A stretch of DNA of 64,000 nt from Felis catus (lineage: Eukaryota). The notes under the pieces are model-generated. The model was not told where the DNA came from and ran no database searches. It saw only the letters and a program-made list of their open reading frames with translations. Location of the stretch: positions 39,866,001-39,930,000 of the forward strand of contig NC_058381.1 in assembly GCF_018350175.1 (NCBI RefSeq). The letters are read 5' to 3'. This document shows positions 1-11,209 of the stretch, piece by piece (the first letter of the stretch is position 1; each line of letters starts with the position of its first letter). The translations under genes were made by a program, and so were the position numbers.

Positions 1-47
1 GAGTGATGTCGAGCATCTTTCCTTGTGTCTGTTAGCCATCGGGTGTG
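1..47 (-). mobile_element. End of an L1 ORF2 fragment running off the window edge
   Basis: gagtgatgtcgagcatctttccttgtgtctgttagccatc matches the L1 sequence at 4509-4548; absent from the homologous positions in copies 2 and 3. Confidence 0.75.
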
Positions 48-2044
48 AAGGACAACGGCAAGTGCATATCATAGAATTTCTCTAATCCTTGCCTGAGGAA
101 TCTACAGCCATTGTCTCAGAGCACGCTGAAATACTCATATGTTTGCAGACTGTTGGACATGGGATCTGAGTTGAACTCCTTGCTGGATACCCACAATCCT
201 TCATGGCCGTTTTTGAATATACTGATTAGATGTGAGAGTTAAAGGAGACGTTTCCCCACTACCTTCATCCCAGTGATCCCTTGGGGGAATTTGTGCCTCC
301 TTCTACCAGAATTGTAGGCTGTGTTCAACTAGAGATCTCGGTTCTCAGGCAGGAAAACTAACTGGAAGGGACATGGTAAAGTTCTGATTGGAATTAAACC
401 CCTGGCTGCCACCTTATTCCATGGACTTCTAGTGCCACGAGGGCAGCAGTCAACGTTAGGAGCTACAGGGGCCACAGGGAATATTTTTAGGATTCAGGAT
501 ATCTACAGGGACATTTGTGGTGTTCCTATTCCTGGAATTAACTGCAGATGGGCAAGTAGTGTAGCCTGAAGAGGACACAGGAACCAGGGGTTCAGGACTC
601 TCAGGAATGGGGAACTTGTACTGAACCAGGCAAGTCAGCTAGGGGAGCGCTGAAGCTGCCCATTAACTCTCATCTTCTAGGTTTTTATAGAAACTGTGGC
701 AAACGACCTGGAGCAAGGTTACTGAGAGAAATGCATAGATATGGGCAGAACCAGGAGTAGGTTCTGATATCCCATTCTGATTCTCTTTGCCATACATGCC
801 GTAGTGCGAGTGTGGGCTACGCGTGGTTCACACTGATCACGCACTATCTGCAGGTAACTGTCTCAGACTCTGGGGTGGGGGACACCTGGAGTTCTTGCTC
901 TCCATCCTTTCCACTCACCAAAGGATGTTGACAAGTAGCGATAGGTGACGTAGGAGCACAAAGGCCCAGCGGCTTTTTCCACTAAGATGAGCAAGTCTGT
1001 GGCCCAGTACACACCCCTCATGTGTGGGTCAGAATATGAGGGCGGAGTTGAACCGAAAGCACCCTTTGTCTTAGCTTCTTTTACCACCCTGTGCTGACTC
1101 CGCTTTGCACTGGGTCTCCTGAGAGCACCTCCTTCCTTATGCAGTACTTATGCAGGAATACCCGTTGTAGGCTCTGGTATTTTGAATGCAACGTGAGAAT
1201 CACATTTTGGTGTGGTCCGTCTCAAGCATAGCCTCCTTGAGAGAGACACTTCCTAACATGGTGAGCTGTTTTATTGGTGGGAGTGTCGGCAGTCCTTTGG
1301 GATATATGATCTTCCAAGAATTGGACACAGGAAGTCTAAAACCAAGTGTGCACAAACTGTGAGAAGAAACAACATCCTATGAAAAGATTCAGTGGTTCAG
1401 CGGAGAATGAGGTCGAGAGCCCACAGTGTCACCCAGTGACCGTTCATATCATAGGGAAATGTTTGAAGGCACTGTTACTGAGACTAGGAACCCTGGTGTC
1501 AGGTCGACCTCAGGGTCGGAGCTCAAAACAGAGGCTTGAGACCAAGTAGATTGTCCGGGAGGTGGTCCCAAGTAGTGCTCTAGGGATACTGTGAAGTGAT
1601 CCAGGGAAGGGTGGAAACCAATCCAGGTTGATTTCAAGAGCAGGTGAGTCCTGTGGGCATCGGGGGTTCGTTCAGTGCTACTGAGGCCCTCTGGTCTCAC
1701 ACGCCCACTCAAGGGGAAAGAGGCTAGAGCACTTATCCACCAACTACTGGCCACCTTTCAAACGCTTCTCCCAGGCACTTGCCTTCCCTGCTCTGTCCTG
1801 TGATAAACGTTCCTTCACGTAGACCGAGCCCTCCACAGAGAGTTCCAGGTGCTTGCTGCAAGGCACCGTCCTAAACTGTTAGCGTGGGAAGCGCCGAGGT
1901 GATAGAAGTGAAAGTCCTGAAATCGCCTGCTATGACCTGCTCGTTGTGCAGAGAATAGTAGAAGACCTGACAGCTAAGGGTGACCATTGAAGAAGGAAAA
2001 AGAATGAGACACGATTTCTTATATTTATGCCTGGAAAATCAAGA

Positions 2045-2050
2045 TTTATT
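2045..2050 (-). terminator. Polyadenylation signal AATAAA, type A gene (also 25389-25394, 48761-48766)
   Basis: tttatt on + strand ~340 bp past the stop; followed on the minus strand by a T/GT-rich tract; conserved in type B. Confidence 0.8.
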
Positions 2051-2388
2051 TGACGTACAGAAACATCTCCATATCAGAAAATCTGGCAGTAGCTGATACA
2101 TCAATCAGAGTGGCACGTTAACCTATATCAGATAATACAATCTTTGTAGTGATTTGCGGTGGAGTTAGTAACAAGGAGGTGAGGAGGGAGTGGGCGGTAG
2201 GGAGGTATATTCCAAGGCCAACCAGTTGAAAAATCACTGGGAACTGAGGTTTTACAGTTGGCCTCATGATTCAGCTCCCAGTTGGACGACATGAAGGAGG
2301 TTGGCTGACGAAAACAGCAGGGTGCAGGTCAGGGCACTCAGCAGCAGCAAGAGCCACTAGAGCAGGTTGGTGGGTGGTGGCAGGGGGT

Positions 2389-2985
2389 CTAGCAACAGCT
2401 GGGGCGGCAGCAGCTGGACACACAGCAGGTGGGGCGGCAGCAGGTGGTCCGGCAGCAGGTGGTCTGGCAGCAGGTGGGGCGGCAGCAAGGCTGGCAGCAG
2501 CTGGAGCCACAGCAATTCGAGCCACAGCCGCTGGAACCCCCACAGCAGGGGCGGCAGCAACTGGACACACAGCAGGTGGGGCGGCAGCAGGTGGTCCGGC
2601 AGCAGGTGGTCTGGCAGCAGGTGGGGCGGCAGCAGGGCTGGCAGCAGCTGGAGCCACAGCAGCTGGAACCCCCACAGCAGGGCCGGCAGCAGCTAGAGAT
2701 GCAGCAGCTGGGCCTGCAGCAGCTGGAACCACAGCAGCTGGGGCGGCAGCAAGTGGTCCTGCAGCAGGTGGTCTGGCAGCAGGTGGGGCGGCAGCAAGGC
2801 TGGCAGCAGCTGGAGCCACAGCAGCTGGAACCCCCACAGCAGGGGCGGCAGCAGCTGGAGCCACAGCAGCTGGGGCGACAGCAGGTGGTCCTGCAGCAGG
2901 TGGTCTGGCAGCAGCTGGGGCGGCAACAAGTCTCCTGGCCACAGCCCTGGTCAGAGCAGACGGAGCCACAACACGAGTTGACCAT
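2389..2985 (-). CDS. KRTAP4: Keratin-associated protein 4 family (ultra-high-sulfur), type A, copy 1; 198 aa, intronless
   Basis: Starts [31 protein letters not shown], the KRTAP4 N-terminal signature. Built of CCxxx pentapeptides; ~39% Cys by hand count. ATG in ACCATGG context at 2985, TATA ~80 bp upstream, AATAAA downstream. The exact paralog number cannot be assigned. Confidence 0.93.
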   Translation of the reverse strand: MVNSCCGSVCSDQGCGQETCCRPSCCQTTCCRTTCCRPSCCGSSCCRPCCGGSSCCGSSCCQPCCRPTCCQTTCCRTTCCRPSCCGSSCCRPSCCISSCCRPCCGGSSCCGSSCCQPCCRPTCCQTTCCRTTCCRPTCCVSSCCRPCCGGSSGCGSNCCGSSCCQPCCRPTCCQTTCCRTTCCRPTCCVSSCCRPSCC

Positions 2986-3065
2986 GGTGTCAGAGGGTGG
3001 AGGTTCTGGGATGGTTTCCAGGAGAGTAGGGGCTTGAGTCTGATGTCTCCTCGTGCCATGGCCTC

Positions 3066-3072
3066 TTATATA
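3066..3072 (-). promoter_or_regulatory. TATA box of type A gene (also 26411-26417, 49783-49789)
   Basis: TATATAA(GAGGC) on the minus strand ~80 bp upstream of the ATG; conserved in type B. Confidence 0.85.
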
Positions 3073-3090
3073 CTGCCCGTCCATGGTGAG

Positions 3091-3129
3091 TTGTCAACAC
3101 ATCTTCCTTGTGTTTGTTTACCTAATATT
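3091..3129 (-). promoter_or_regulatory. Conserved proximal promoter block (forkhead-like GTAAACAAACA, Ets-like AGGAAG)
   Basis: 39 bp identical between type A (3091-3129) and type B (15661-15699) amid diverged flanks. Confidence 0.55.
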
Positions 3130-5296
3130 AACTAATTATCAGATTACACAATAATGTTTGTGCATGTAATGGTTTAAACTTGTGGGGAACAAAATTTCTT
3201 TTCTCGATGTGATGAATTCTCTCTGGTCTGTGTTTCCTCCTGATTCACACCCACTGGCATCTTCCTGACCACTTTCTCCTCATCTTCCTCCACCGTGGGC
3301 TGTCACGTGATAGGTGGCATTTGCAATTACATTCCGTACTCTCCCTCCTGTATCCCCTAGCAGGTAGGATAAGGGCCGTCCTATTTTTGGTGGTGCATTT
3401 CTTCCAATGGTCAGTGGCATGAGTAATGATCTGCATGTGACAAGAAGAAAAGGCCCTCTTTATGGCGGCAGTTTGGAGCAAAGGGGACAGCTGTATATTT
3501 GTATGACGTTGCCGATTTCTAGCCACTGGACTGGGTTTTTTTGGATGTTTCTACCTTGGATCACGTCCTCTAGCCTACAACCGTGGCAGACAATTATCTG
3601 TATGGTTCCCATCACTGCCATGCTTCATGGTTCATGAAGTGTTAACCTTGGTGTCATGTATGTTTGGTTTTATTTCTCCAGATGCTCTTATCTTGTGGAA
3701 GACATTGCTTTACTTTTGTTTCTTACTCTTTTTTTAATATGAAATTTGTTGTCAAATTGGTTTCCATACAACACCCAGTGCTCATCCCAACAGGTGCCCT
3801 CCTTAATACCCATCACGAACCCACCCCTCCCTCCCATCCCCCACCCCCCCATCAACCCTCAGTTTGTTCTCAGTTTTTAAGAGTCTCTTATCTTTTGGCT
3901 CCCTCCCTCTCTAACCTTTCTTTTTCCCTTCCCCTCCCCCATGGTCTTCTGGTAAGTTTCTCAGGATCCACATAAGAGTGAAAACATATGGTATCTGTCT
4001 TTGTATGACTTATTTCACTTAGCATAACACTCTTTTCACTTCGCATAATACTCTCCAGTTCCATCCATGTTGCCACAAAAGGGCATATTTCATTCTTTCT
4101 CGTTGCCACGTAGTATTCCATTGTGTATATAAACCATAAATTCTTTATCCTTTCATCAGTTGGTGGACATTTAAAGAGTCTTTCCATAATTTGGCTATTG
4201 TTGAAAGTGCTGCTGTAAACATTGGGGTACAAGTGCCCCTGTGCATCAGCACTCCTGTATCCCTTGGGTAAATTCCTAGCAGTGCTATTGCTGGGTCATA
4301 GGTAGATCTATTTTTAATTTTCTGAGGAACCTCCACACTGTTTTCCAGAGAGGCTGCACCAGTTTGCGTTCCCACCAACAGTGCAAGAGGGTTCCTGTTT
4401 CTCCACATCCTCACCAGCATCTGTAGTTTCCCGATTTGTTCCTTTTTGCCACTCTGACTGGCGTGAGGTAGTATCTCAGTGCGGTTTGGATTGTGTTTCC
4501 CTCATGAGGAGCGACGTTGAGCATCTTTTCATGTGTCTGTTGGCCATCTGGGTGTCTTCTTTAGAGAAGTGTCTATTCATGTTTTCTGCCCATTTCTTCA
4601 CTGGATTATTTGCTTTTCGGGTGTGGAGTTTGGTGAGCTCTTTATAGATTTTGGATACTAGCCGTTTGTCCGACATGTCATTTGCAAATATCTTTTCCCA
4701 TTCCGTTGGTTGCCTTTTAGTTTTGTTGATTGTTTCCTTTGCAGTGCAGAAGCTTTTTATCTTCATGAGGTCCCAATAGTTCATTTTTGCTTTTAATTCC
4801 CTTGCCTTTGGAGATGTGTCAAGTAAGAAATTTCTGCGGCTGAGGTCAGAGAGGTGTTCTCCCGCTTCCTCCTCTAGGGTTTTGATGGTTTCCTGTCTCA
4901 CATTCTGGTCCTTTATCCATTTTGAGTTTATTTTTGTGAATGGTGTAAGAAAGTGGTCTAGTTTCATCCTTCTGCATGTTGCTGTTGAGTTCTCCCAGCA
5001 CCATTTGTTAAAGAGACCATCTTTTTTCCGTTGGATGTTCTTTCCTGCTTTGTCAAAGGTTAGTTGGCCATACTTTTGTGGGTCTAATTCTGGGGTTTCT
5101 ATTCTATTCCATTGGTCTATGTGTCTGTTTTTGTGCCCATACCGTGCTGTCTTGATGATTATAGCTTTGTAGTAGAGGCTAAAGTCTGGGATTGTGATGG
5201 CTCCCGCTTTGGTCTTCTTCTTCAAAATTACTTTGGCTATTCGGGGTCTTTTGTGGTTCCATACACATTTTAGGATTGCTTGTTCTAGCTTCGGGA

Positions 5297-6181
5297 NNNN
5301 NNNNNNNNNNNNNNNNNNNNNNNNNNNNNNNNNNNNNNNNNNNNNNNNNNNNNNNNNNNNNNNNNNNNNNNNNNNNNNNNNNNNNNNNNNNNNNNNNNNN
5401 NNNNNNNNNNNNNNNNNNNNNNNNTTCTTCAATTTCCTTCGTAAGCTTTCTATAGTTTTCAGCAGACAGATCTTTTACATCTTTGTGTAGGTTTATTCCT
5501 AGGTATTTTATGCTTCTTGGTGCAATTGTGAATGGAATCAGTTTGTTTATTTGTCTTTCTGTTGCTTCATTATTAGTGTATAAGAATGCAACTGATTTCT
5601 CTACATTGAGTTTGTATCCTGCGACTTTGCTGAATTCATGTATCACTTCTAGCAGACTTTTGGTGGAGTCTTTCGTGTTTTCCATGTATAATATCGTGTC
5701 ATCTGCAAAAAGTGAAGGCTTGACTTCATCGTTGCCAATTTTGATGTTTGATGTTTCCTTTTGTTGTCTGATTGCTGATGCTAGCACTTCCAACACTATG
5801 TTAAACAACAGCGGTGAGAGTGGACATCCCTGTCGTGTTCCTGATCACAGGGGGAAAGCTCTCAGTGTTTCCCCATTGAGGATGATATTAGCTGTGGGCT
5901 TTTCATAGATGGCTTTTATGATGTTTAGGTATGTTCCTTCTATCCCGACTTTCTCGAGGGTTTTTAATTAAGAAAGGATGCTGAATTTTGTCAAATCCTT
6001 TTTCTGCATCGATGCACAGGATCATATGGTTCTTNNNNNNNNNNNNNNNNNNNNNNNNNNNNNNNNNNNNNNNNNNNNNNNNNNNNNNNNNNNNNNNNNN
6101 NNNNNNNNNNNNNNNNNNNNNNNNNNNNNNNNNNNNNNNNNNNNNNNNNNNNNNNNNNNNNNNNNNNNNNNNNNNNNNNNN
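5297..6181. other. N runs: 5297-5424, 6035-6181, 17955-18179, 28643-28774, 29379-29603, 41321-41551, 52015-52146, 52751-52975
   Basis: They fall at homologous positions in each copy and essentially preserve the offsets. Confidence 0.9.
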
Positions 6182-7694
6182 TTGCATCCTTATTCATCAG
6201 GGATATTGGCCTGTAGTTTTCTTTTTTTTTTTTTTGCTGGGTCTCTGTCTGGTTTAGGAATCAGAGTAATGCTGGAAGTTTCCCTTCCCTTTCTATTTTT
6301 TGGAATAGGTTGAGAAGGACAGGTATTATCTCTGCTTTGAATGTCTGGTAGAATTCCCCTGGGTAGGCATCTGGTCCTGGACTCTTATTTGTTGGGAGAT
6401 TTTTGATAGCTGATTCAATTTCTTTGCTGGTTATGGGTCTGTTCAAGTTTTCTATTTCTTCCTGTTTGAGTTTGGGAAGTGTGTGGGTGCTTAGGAATTT
6501 GTCCATTTCCTCCAGGTTGTCCAGTGTGTTGGCAGGACATAGTATTTTTCATAGTATTCCCTGATAATTGCTTGTATTTCTGAGGGATTGGTTGTAATAA
6601 TTCCATTTTCATTCACGATTTTGTCTATTTGGATGATCTCCCTTTTCTTTTTGAGAAGCCTGGCTGGAGGTTTATCAATTTTGTTTATTTTTTCAAGAAA
6701 CCAACACTTGGTTTCATTGATCTGCTGTACAGTCTTTTTAGATTCTATATTGTTTATTTCTGCTGTGCTCTTTATTATTTCTCTTCTTCTGCTGGGTTTG
6801 GGGTGTCTTTGCTGTTCTGCTTCTGTTTCCTTTAGGTGTGCTGTTAGATTTTGTATTTGGGATTTTTCTTGTTTCTTGAGATAGGCCTGGATTGTGATGT
6901 ATTTTCCTCTCAGGACTGCCTTCGCTGTGTCCCAAAGCGTTTGTATTGTTATATTTTCATTTTCGTTTGTTTCCGTATAGTTTTTAATTTCTTCTCTGAT
7001 TGCCTGGTTGACCCATTCATTCTTTAGTAAGGTGTTCTTTAACCCCTATGCTTTTGGAGGTTTTCCAGACTTTTTCCTGTGGTTGATTTCAAGATTCATA
7101 GCATTGTGGTCTGAAAGTGTGCACGGTATGATCTCAAGTCTTTTATACTTATGAAGGGCTGTTTTGTGAGCCAGTATGTGATCTATCTTGGAGAATGTTC
7201 CACGTGCATTCGAGAAGAAAGTATATTCTGTTGCTTTGGGATGCAGAGTTCTAAATATATCTGTTAAGTCCGTCTGATCCAATGTATCATTCAGGGCCCT
7301 TGTTTCTTTTCTGGTCCTGTGTCTAGATGATCTATCCGTTACTGTAAGTGGAGTGTTAAAGTCCCCTGCAATGACCACATTCTTATCAATAAAGTTGCTT
7401 ATGTTTGTGATTAATTGTTTTATATATTTGGGGGCTCCCATATTCAGTGCATAGACATTTATAATTGTTGGCTCTTCCTGATGGATAGACCCTGAAATTA
7501 TTACATAATGCCCTTCTTCATCTCTTGTTACGGCCTTTAATTTAAAGTCTAGTTTGTCTGATGTAAGTATGGCTACTCCAGCTTTCTTTTGACTTCCAGT
7601 AGCATGATAGATAGTTCTCCATCCCCTCACTTTCAATCTGAAGATCTTCTCAGGTTTAAAATGAGTCTCTTCTAGACAGCAAATAGATGGGTCT

Positions 7695-7742
7695 TGTTTT
7701 GTTTTGTTTTGTTTTGTTTTGTTTTGTTTTGTTTTGTTTTGT
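7695..7742. repeat. (GTTTT)n microsatellite inside the L1 ORF2 endonuclease region
   Basis: Directly visible; same length in all three copies. Confidence 0.95.
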
Positions 7743-10195
7743 TGTTTTTATCCATTCTGATACCCTATGTCTTCTGGTTGGAGCATTTAGTCCATTGACA
7801 TTTAGTGTTATTATAGAAAGACATGGGTTTAGGGTCATCATGATGTCTGTAGGTTTCATGCTTGTAGTGATATCTCTGGTACTTTGTGGTCCTTGAACAT
7901 TTCACTCACAGAATCCCCTTTAGGATCTCTTGTAGGGCTGGTTTAGTGGTGATGAATTCCTTCAGTTTTTGTTTGTTTGGGAAGACGTTTATTTCTCCTT
8001 CTATTCCAAAGGACAGACTTGCCGGATAAAGGATTCTCGGCTGCATATTTTTTCCGTTCATCACATTGAAGATTTCCTGCCATTCCTTTCTGGCCTGCCA
8101 AGTTTCAGTAGACAGGTCTGTCACTAGTCTTATCGGTCTCCCTTTATATGTTAGAGCGTGTTTATCCCTAGCTGCTTTCAGAATTTTCTCTTTCTCCTTG
8201 TGTTTTGCCAGTTTCACTATGATACGTCGTGCAGAAGATCGATTCAAGTTACGTCTGAAGTGAGTTCTCTGTGCCTCTTGGATTTCAGTGCCTTTTTCCT
8301 TCCCCAGATCAGGGAAGTTCTCAGCTATGATTTCTTCAATTACACCTTCAGCCCCTTTCTCTCTGTCTTCCTCTTCTGGAATTCCTAGTATACGGATATT
8401 GTTGCGTTTTATTGCATCACTTAGTTCTCTAATTCTCCCCTCATACTCCTGGACTTTTTTATCTCTTTTTCTCAGCTTCCTCTTTTTCCATAATTTTATC
8501 TTCTAATTCACCTGTTCTCTCCTCTGCCTATTCAATCCGAGCTGTGGTCGCCTCCCTTTTATTTTGCACCTCATTTATAGCATTATTTAGCTCCTCCTGA
8601 CTATTTCTTAGTCCCTTGATCTCTGTAGCAATAGATTCTCTGCTGTCCTCTACACTTTTTTCAAGCCCAGCGATGAGTTTTAGGACTATTATTCTAAATT
8701 CTCTTTCCGCTATATTGCTTAAATCGTTTTTGATCAATTCGTTAGCTGTTGCTACTTCCTGGAGTTTCTTTTGAGGAGAATTCTTCCGTTTCGTCATTTT
8801 GGATAGTCCCTGGGGTGGTGCGGAACTGCAGGGCACTTCCCCTGTGCTGTCTGGAGTAACTTGTGTTGGTGGGCGGGGCCGCAGTCAGACCAGATGTCTG
8901 TCCCCAGCCCACCGCTGGGGCCACAGTCAGACTGGTGTGTACCTTATCTTCCCCTCGCCCAGGGGCAGGACTCACTGTGGAGTGGAGTGGCCCCTGTGTG
9001 GGCTACTTGCACACTGCCAGGCTTGTGGTGCTGCTTTCATGGGATCTGGCGTATTAACCGGGGTGGATCCGCAAGGTGCACAGGGGCGGGAGGGGCGGGC
9101 TCAGCTCGCTTTGCTGTCGGTGGTCCCCTGAGGGAGGGGCCCTGAAGCACCAGGGAGGGAGGGTGACCCGTCCGAGGGATGGATCCACAGAAGCACAGCG
9201 CTGGGTGTTTGTGCGGTGCAAGCAAGTTCGGTGAACTGGTTCCCTTTGGGGTTTTGGCTGGGGGATGGGAGAGGGAGATGGCGCTGGCCAGCGCCTTGGT
9301 TCACCGCGGAGCTGAGCTCTTGTCTTCCAGGGCTCAACACCTCTCCCTCCCGGTGTCCTCTCGCCCTCCCTCTCTCCGAGCAGAGCTGTTGACTTATAAC
9401 ATGCCGGATGTTCAGTCCCGCTGGCTGTCAGAACTCATGCAGTCCGGCCCCTCCGCTTTTGCAAGCCAGACTCGGGGGCTCTGCCTTGCCGGGCGGGCTT
9501 CCCCTCCACCACCCCGGCTACCTCTCGCCAGTCCGTGCAGCCCGTCCCGCCTCTCCGCCCTTCCTACCCTCTTCCGTGGGCCTCTTGTCTATGCTTGGCT
9601 CCAGAGAGTCCATTCTGCTAGTCTTCTGGTGGTTTGCTGGGTTATTTAGGCAGGTGTGGGTGGAATCTAAGTGATCAGCCGGACGAGGTGAGCCCAGCGT
9701 ACTCCTACGCCTCCATCTTCTCCCTGTTTCTTATCTTATTCTTAATAAAATTATTCTGCATCAATTCTGGAAAAAAACAGACAAGTTTGAATATTCAGCA
9801 AGTTCCTCTCCTGAGGATTTACCTTTTGCTGGCAAATCTACAGCAAACAGTTTTTGGATCTATTTCAAATGTGAATGGAATGTAGTCAATTCGGGTTCTT
9901 TTAGTTACTATTTCTGCTTATTCTCCATTTTGTGATAGTCCAACATAGCACACAGCAAGTCTTTTGAAAGACTTATTACATATGGTTGAGACACATCCGG
10001 GAAGACCACACATAGAGACCTACTACTTTGTTCTGTTCATTTTAGCATTGGGGAAGTGCCTCTCTCAAATTACTGCCAGGTTTTAAAGCATGTATGTTGA
10101 GTGGATTTGTTGAGATAGACACATTGACAGTTACTGGCATTACAGATGTGATGTGGAGTCTCCTACCCAGGTATTTACAGTTAACTGAAAAGATT

Positions 10196-10197
<2 letters not shown>

Positions 10198-10240
<43 letters not shown>
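10198..10240. repeat. (CA)n microsatellite, longer in copies 2 and 3
   Basis: Directly visible. Confidence 0.95.
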
Positions 10241-10241
<1 letters not shown>

Positions 10242-10399
10242 CTTTAATAAAATTTGAAACAGTTACATCAAAGGTGGGAATAGTAGTGTAATTTAAGTAA
10301 AGAGTTGTGTTTTAGGCAAATTAGCCAAGATGACAGTTTAGTAAAGACAGAGATTTTATTCATAAATAATTGTAGTCACCATTTCTCACTTACTTTTAC

Positions 10400-11205
10400 G
10401 ATTTAGTATAAATTTTAGATGAAATTTACACACATTGGAATGCACAAATCCTAACTGTATTCATCCAGTGTATTACGTTTTCAAAAACTGATGCACATCC
10501 ATGTAATCCCCACATTTATCAAGAAGAAGAACATGCCCTTAGACCAAAAGGTCCCCACTTGTCATTTAGTAAACTCCCTGATGCCAGAGGCAATTGCCGT
10601 CTCAATACATTTCTCACCGTCACATTGTTTTGATCTAGAACTCCAAACAAATGATAATATAGTATAATTTCTGTTCTGTCCTCCACTTAGCTTGGCACAT
10701 GCTAATGTTGATGCAGGTGTCACTAGATCAGACCTGTCCTAACAAAGTACCAAGGTTTGTGATAGCTATTACCAATTACTTTCATGGTAGGGTAACCAAC
10801 TTTCATTTAAGCTCATCATTTTTAATAACATAAACAGAGTAAGAAATTGAGTTCCTCCTGGTTTTCAAAAAAATTTCATATTGTGGAAAACATACATATA
10901 CTAAAACGTGTAAAACATATAAATACAAAAATCATTATGGAGCAAATCGTCTCTATACACAACACTTGAGTCGAGAAATAGAACACTGCTCTCAAGATGG
11001 CTCTTCCTATGTCTTTTCTTGGTCATAATTCTCCTTCTATCTTATAGATGGCTACTATGCTGATTCCTCAAGTAACTATTTCATCTATTTTCTTTACAGT
11101 TTTATAACCTAGGTATGACCCCGAAACAATAGAGTTTGCTTTTAAATGTTTTCACATTTTATATAAGGAAATCTTAGTATATATGTGTTTGGATTCTTTC
11201 ACTCA
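10400..11205 (-). mobile_element. Old L1M(E)-type 3' end remnants (paralogous 17040-17430 and 21915-22185)
   Basis: Motifs aatgcacaaatcctaactgta, atccatgtaatc, cagaggcaa, tctagaact, agaaatagaaca are typical of antisense L1ME 3' ends. Confidence 0.5.
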
Positions 11206-11209
11206 ATTA

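Larger units (their letters stand above)
3731..9724 (-). mobile_element. Full-length (~6.0 kb) felid-type LINE-1, inactivated, copy 1
   Basis: GC/CpG-rich 5'UTR ~8800-9724. ORF1 from 8797 (MTKRKNSPQKK...RPIRLVTDLS...MQPRILYPA) is broken by stops. ORF2 from ~7841 (TLNVNGLNAP, GDFNTPL, SDHN endonuclease; FADD RT; C-terminal Cys region) is frameshifted. Cat-type 3'UTR. TSD tgtttctta(c)tctt at 3717-3730 and 9725-9737. Confidence 0.97.

Noticed and set aside
1346-1754. Small ORFs conserved between monomers (MCTNCEKK..., MASSWW...)
   Set aside because: Non-ATG starts, a frameshift between the A and B versions and no recognisable family; similarity is explained by duplication or conversion.
2389-2985. 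CRISPR-like or minisatellite array; metallothionein or KRTAP9 identity
   Set aside because: The repeats are coding 15-nt units without unique spacers in a mammalian context; the N-terminus matches KRTAP4, not KRTAP9 (MTHCC) or metallothionein.
2986-3084. N-terminal extensions in the ORF track (MDGQY... for A, MLTNH... for B)
   Set aside because: Their starts lie upstream of the TATA box; the family start is MVNSCC.
2266-3135. Long Ala/Gly-, Ala/Pro- and Gln-rich ORFs overlapping each KRTAP gene
   Set aside because: Alternative-frame and antisense shadows of the TGC-TGC repeat; no independent promoter or polyA evidence.
4010-4055. ~22 bp tandem duplication at the L1 ORF2 end
   Set aside because: Ordinary slippage in a dead element.
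3731-9724. Active, retrotransposition-competent L1
   Set aside because: ORF1 and ORF2 have stops, frameshifts, a microsatellite expansion and small deletions; the three copies share one TSD, so they arose by segmental duplication.
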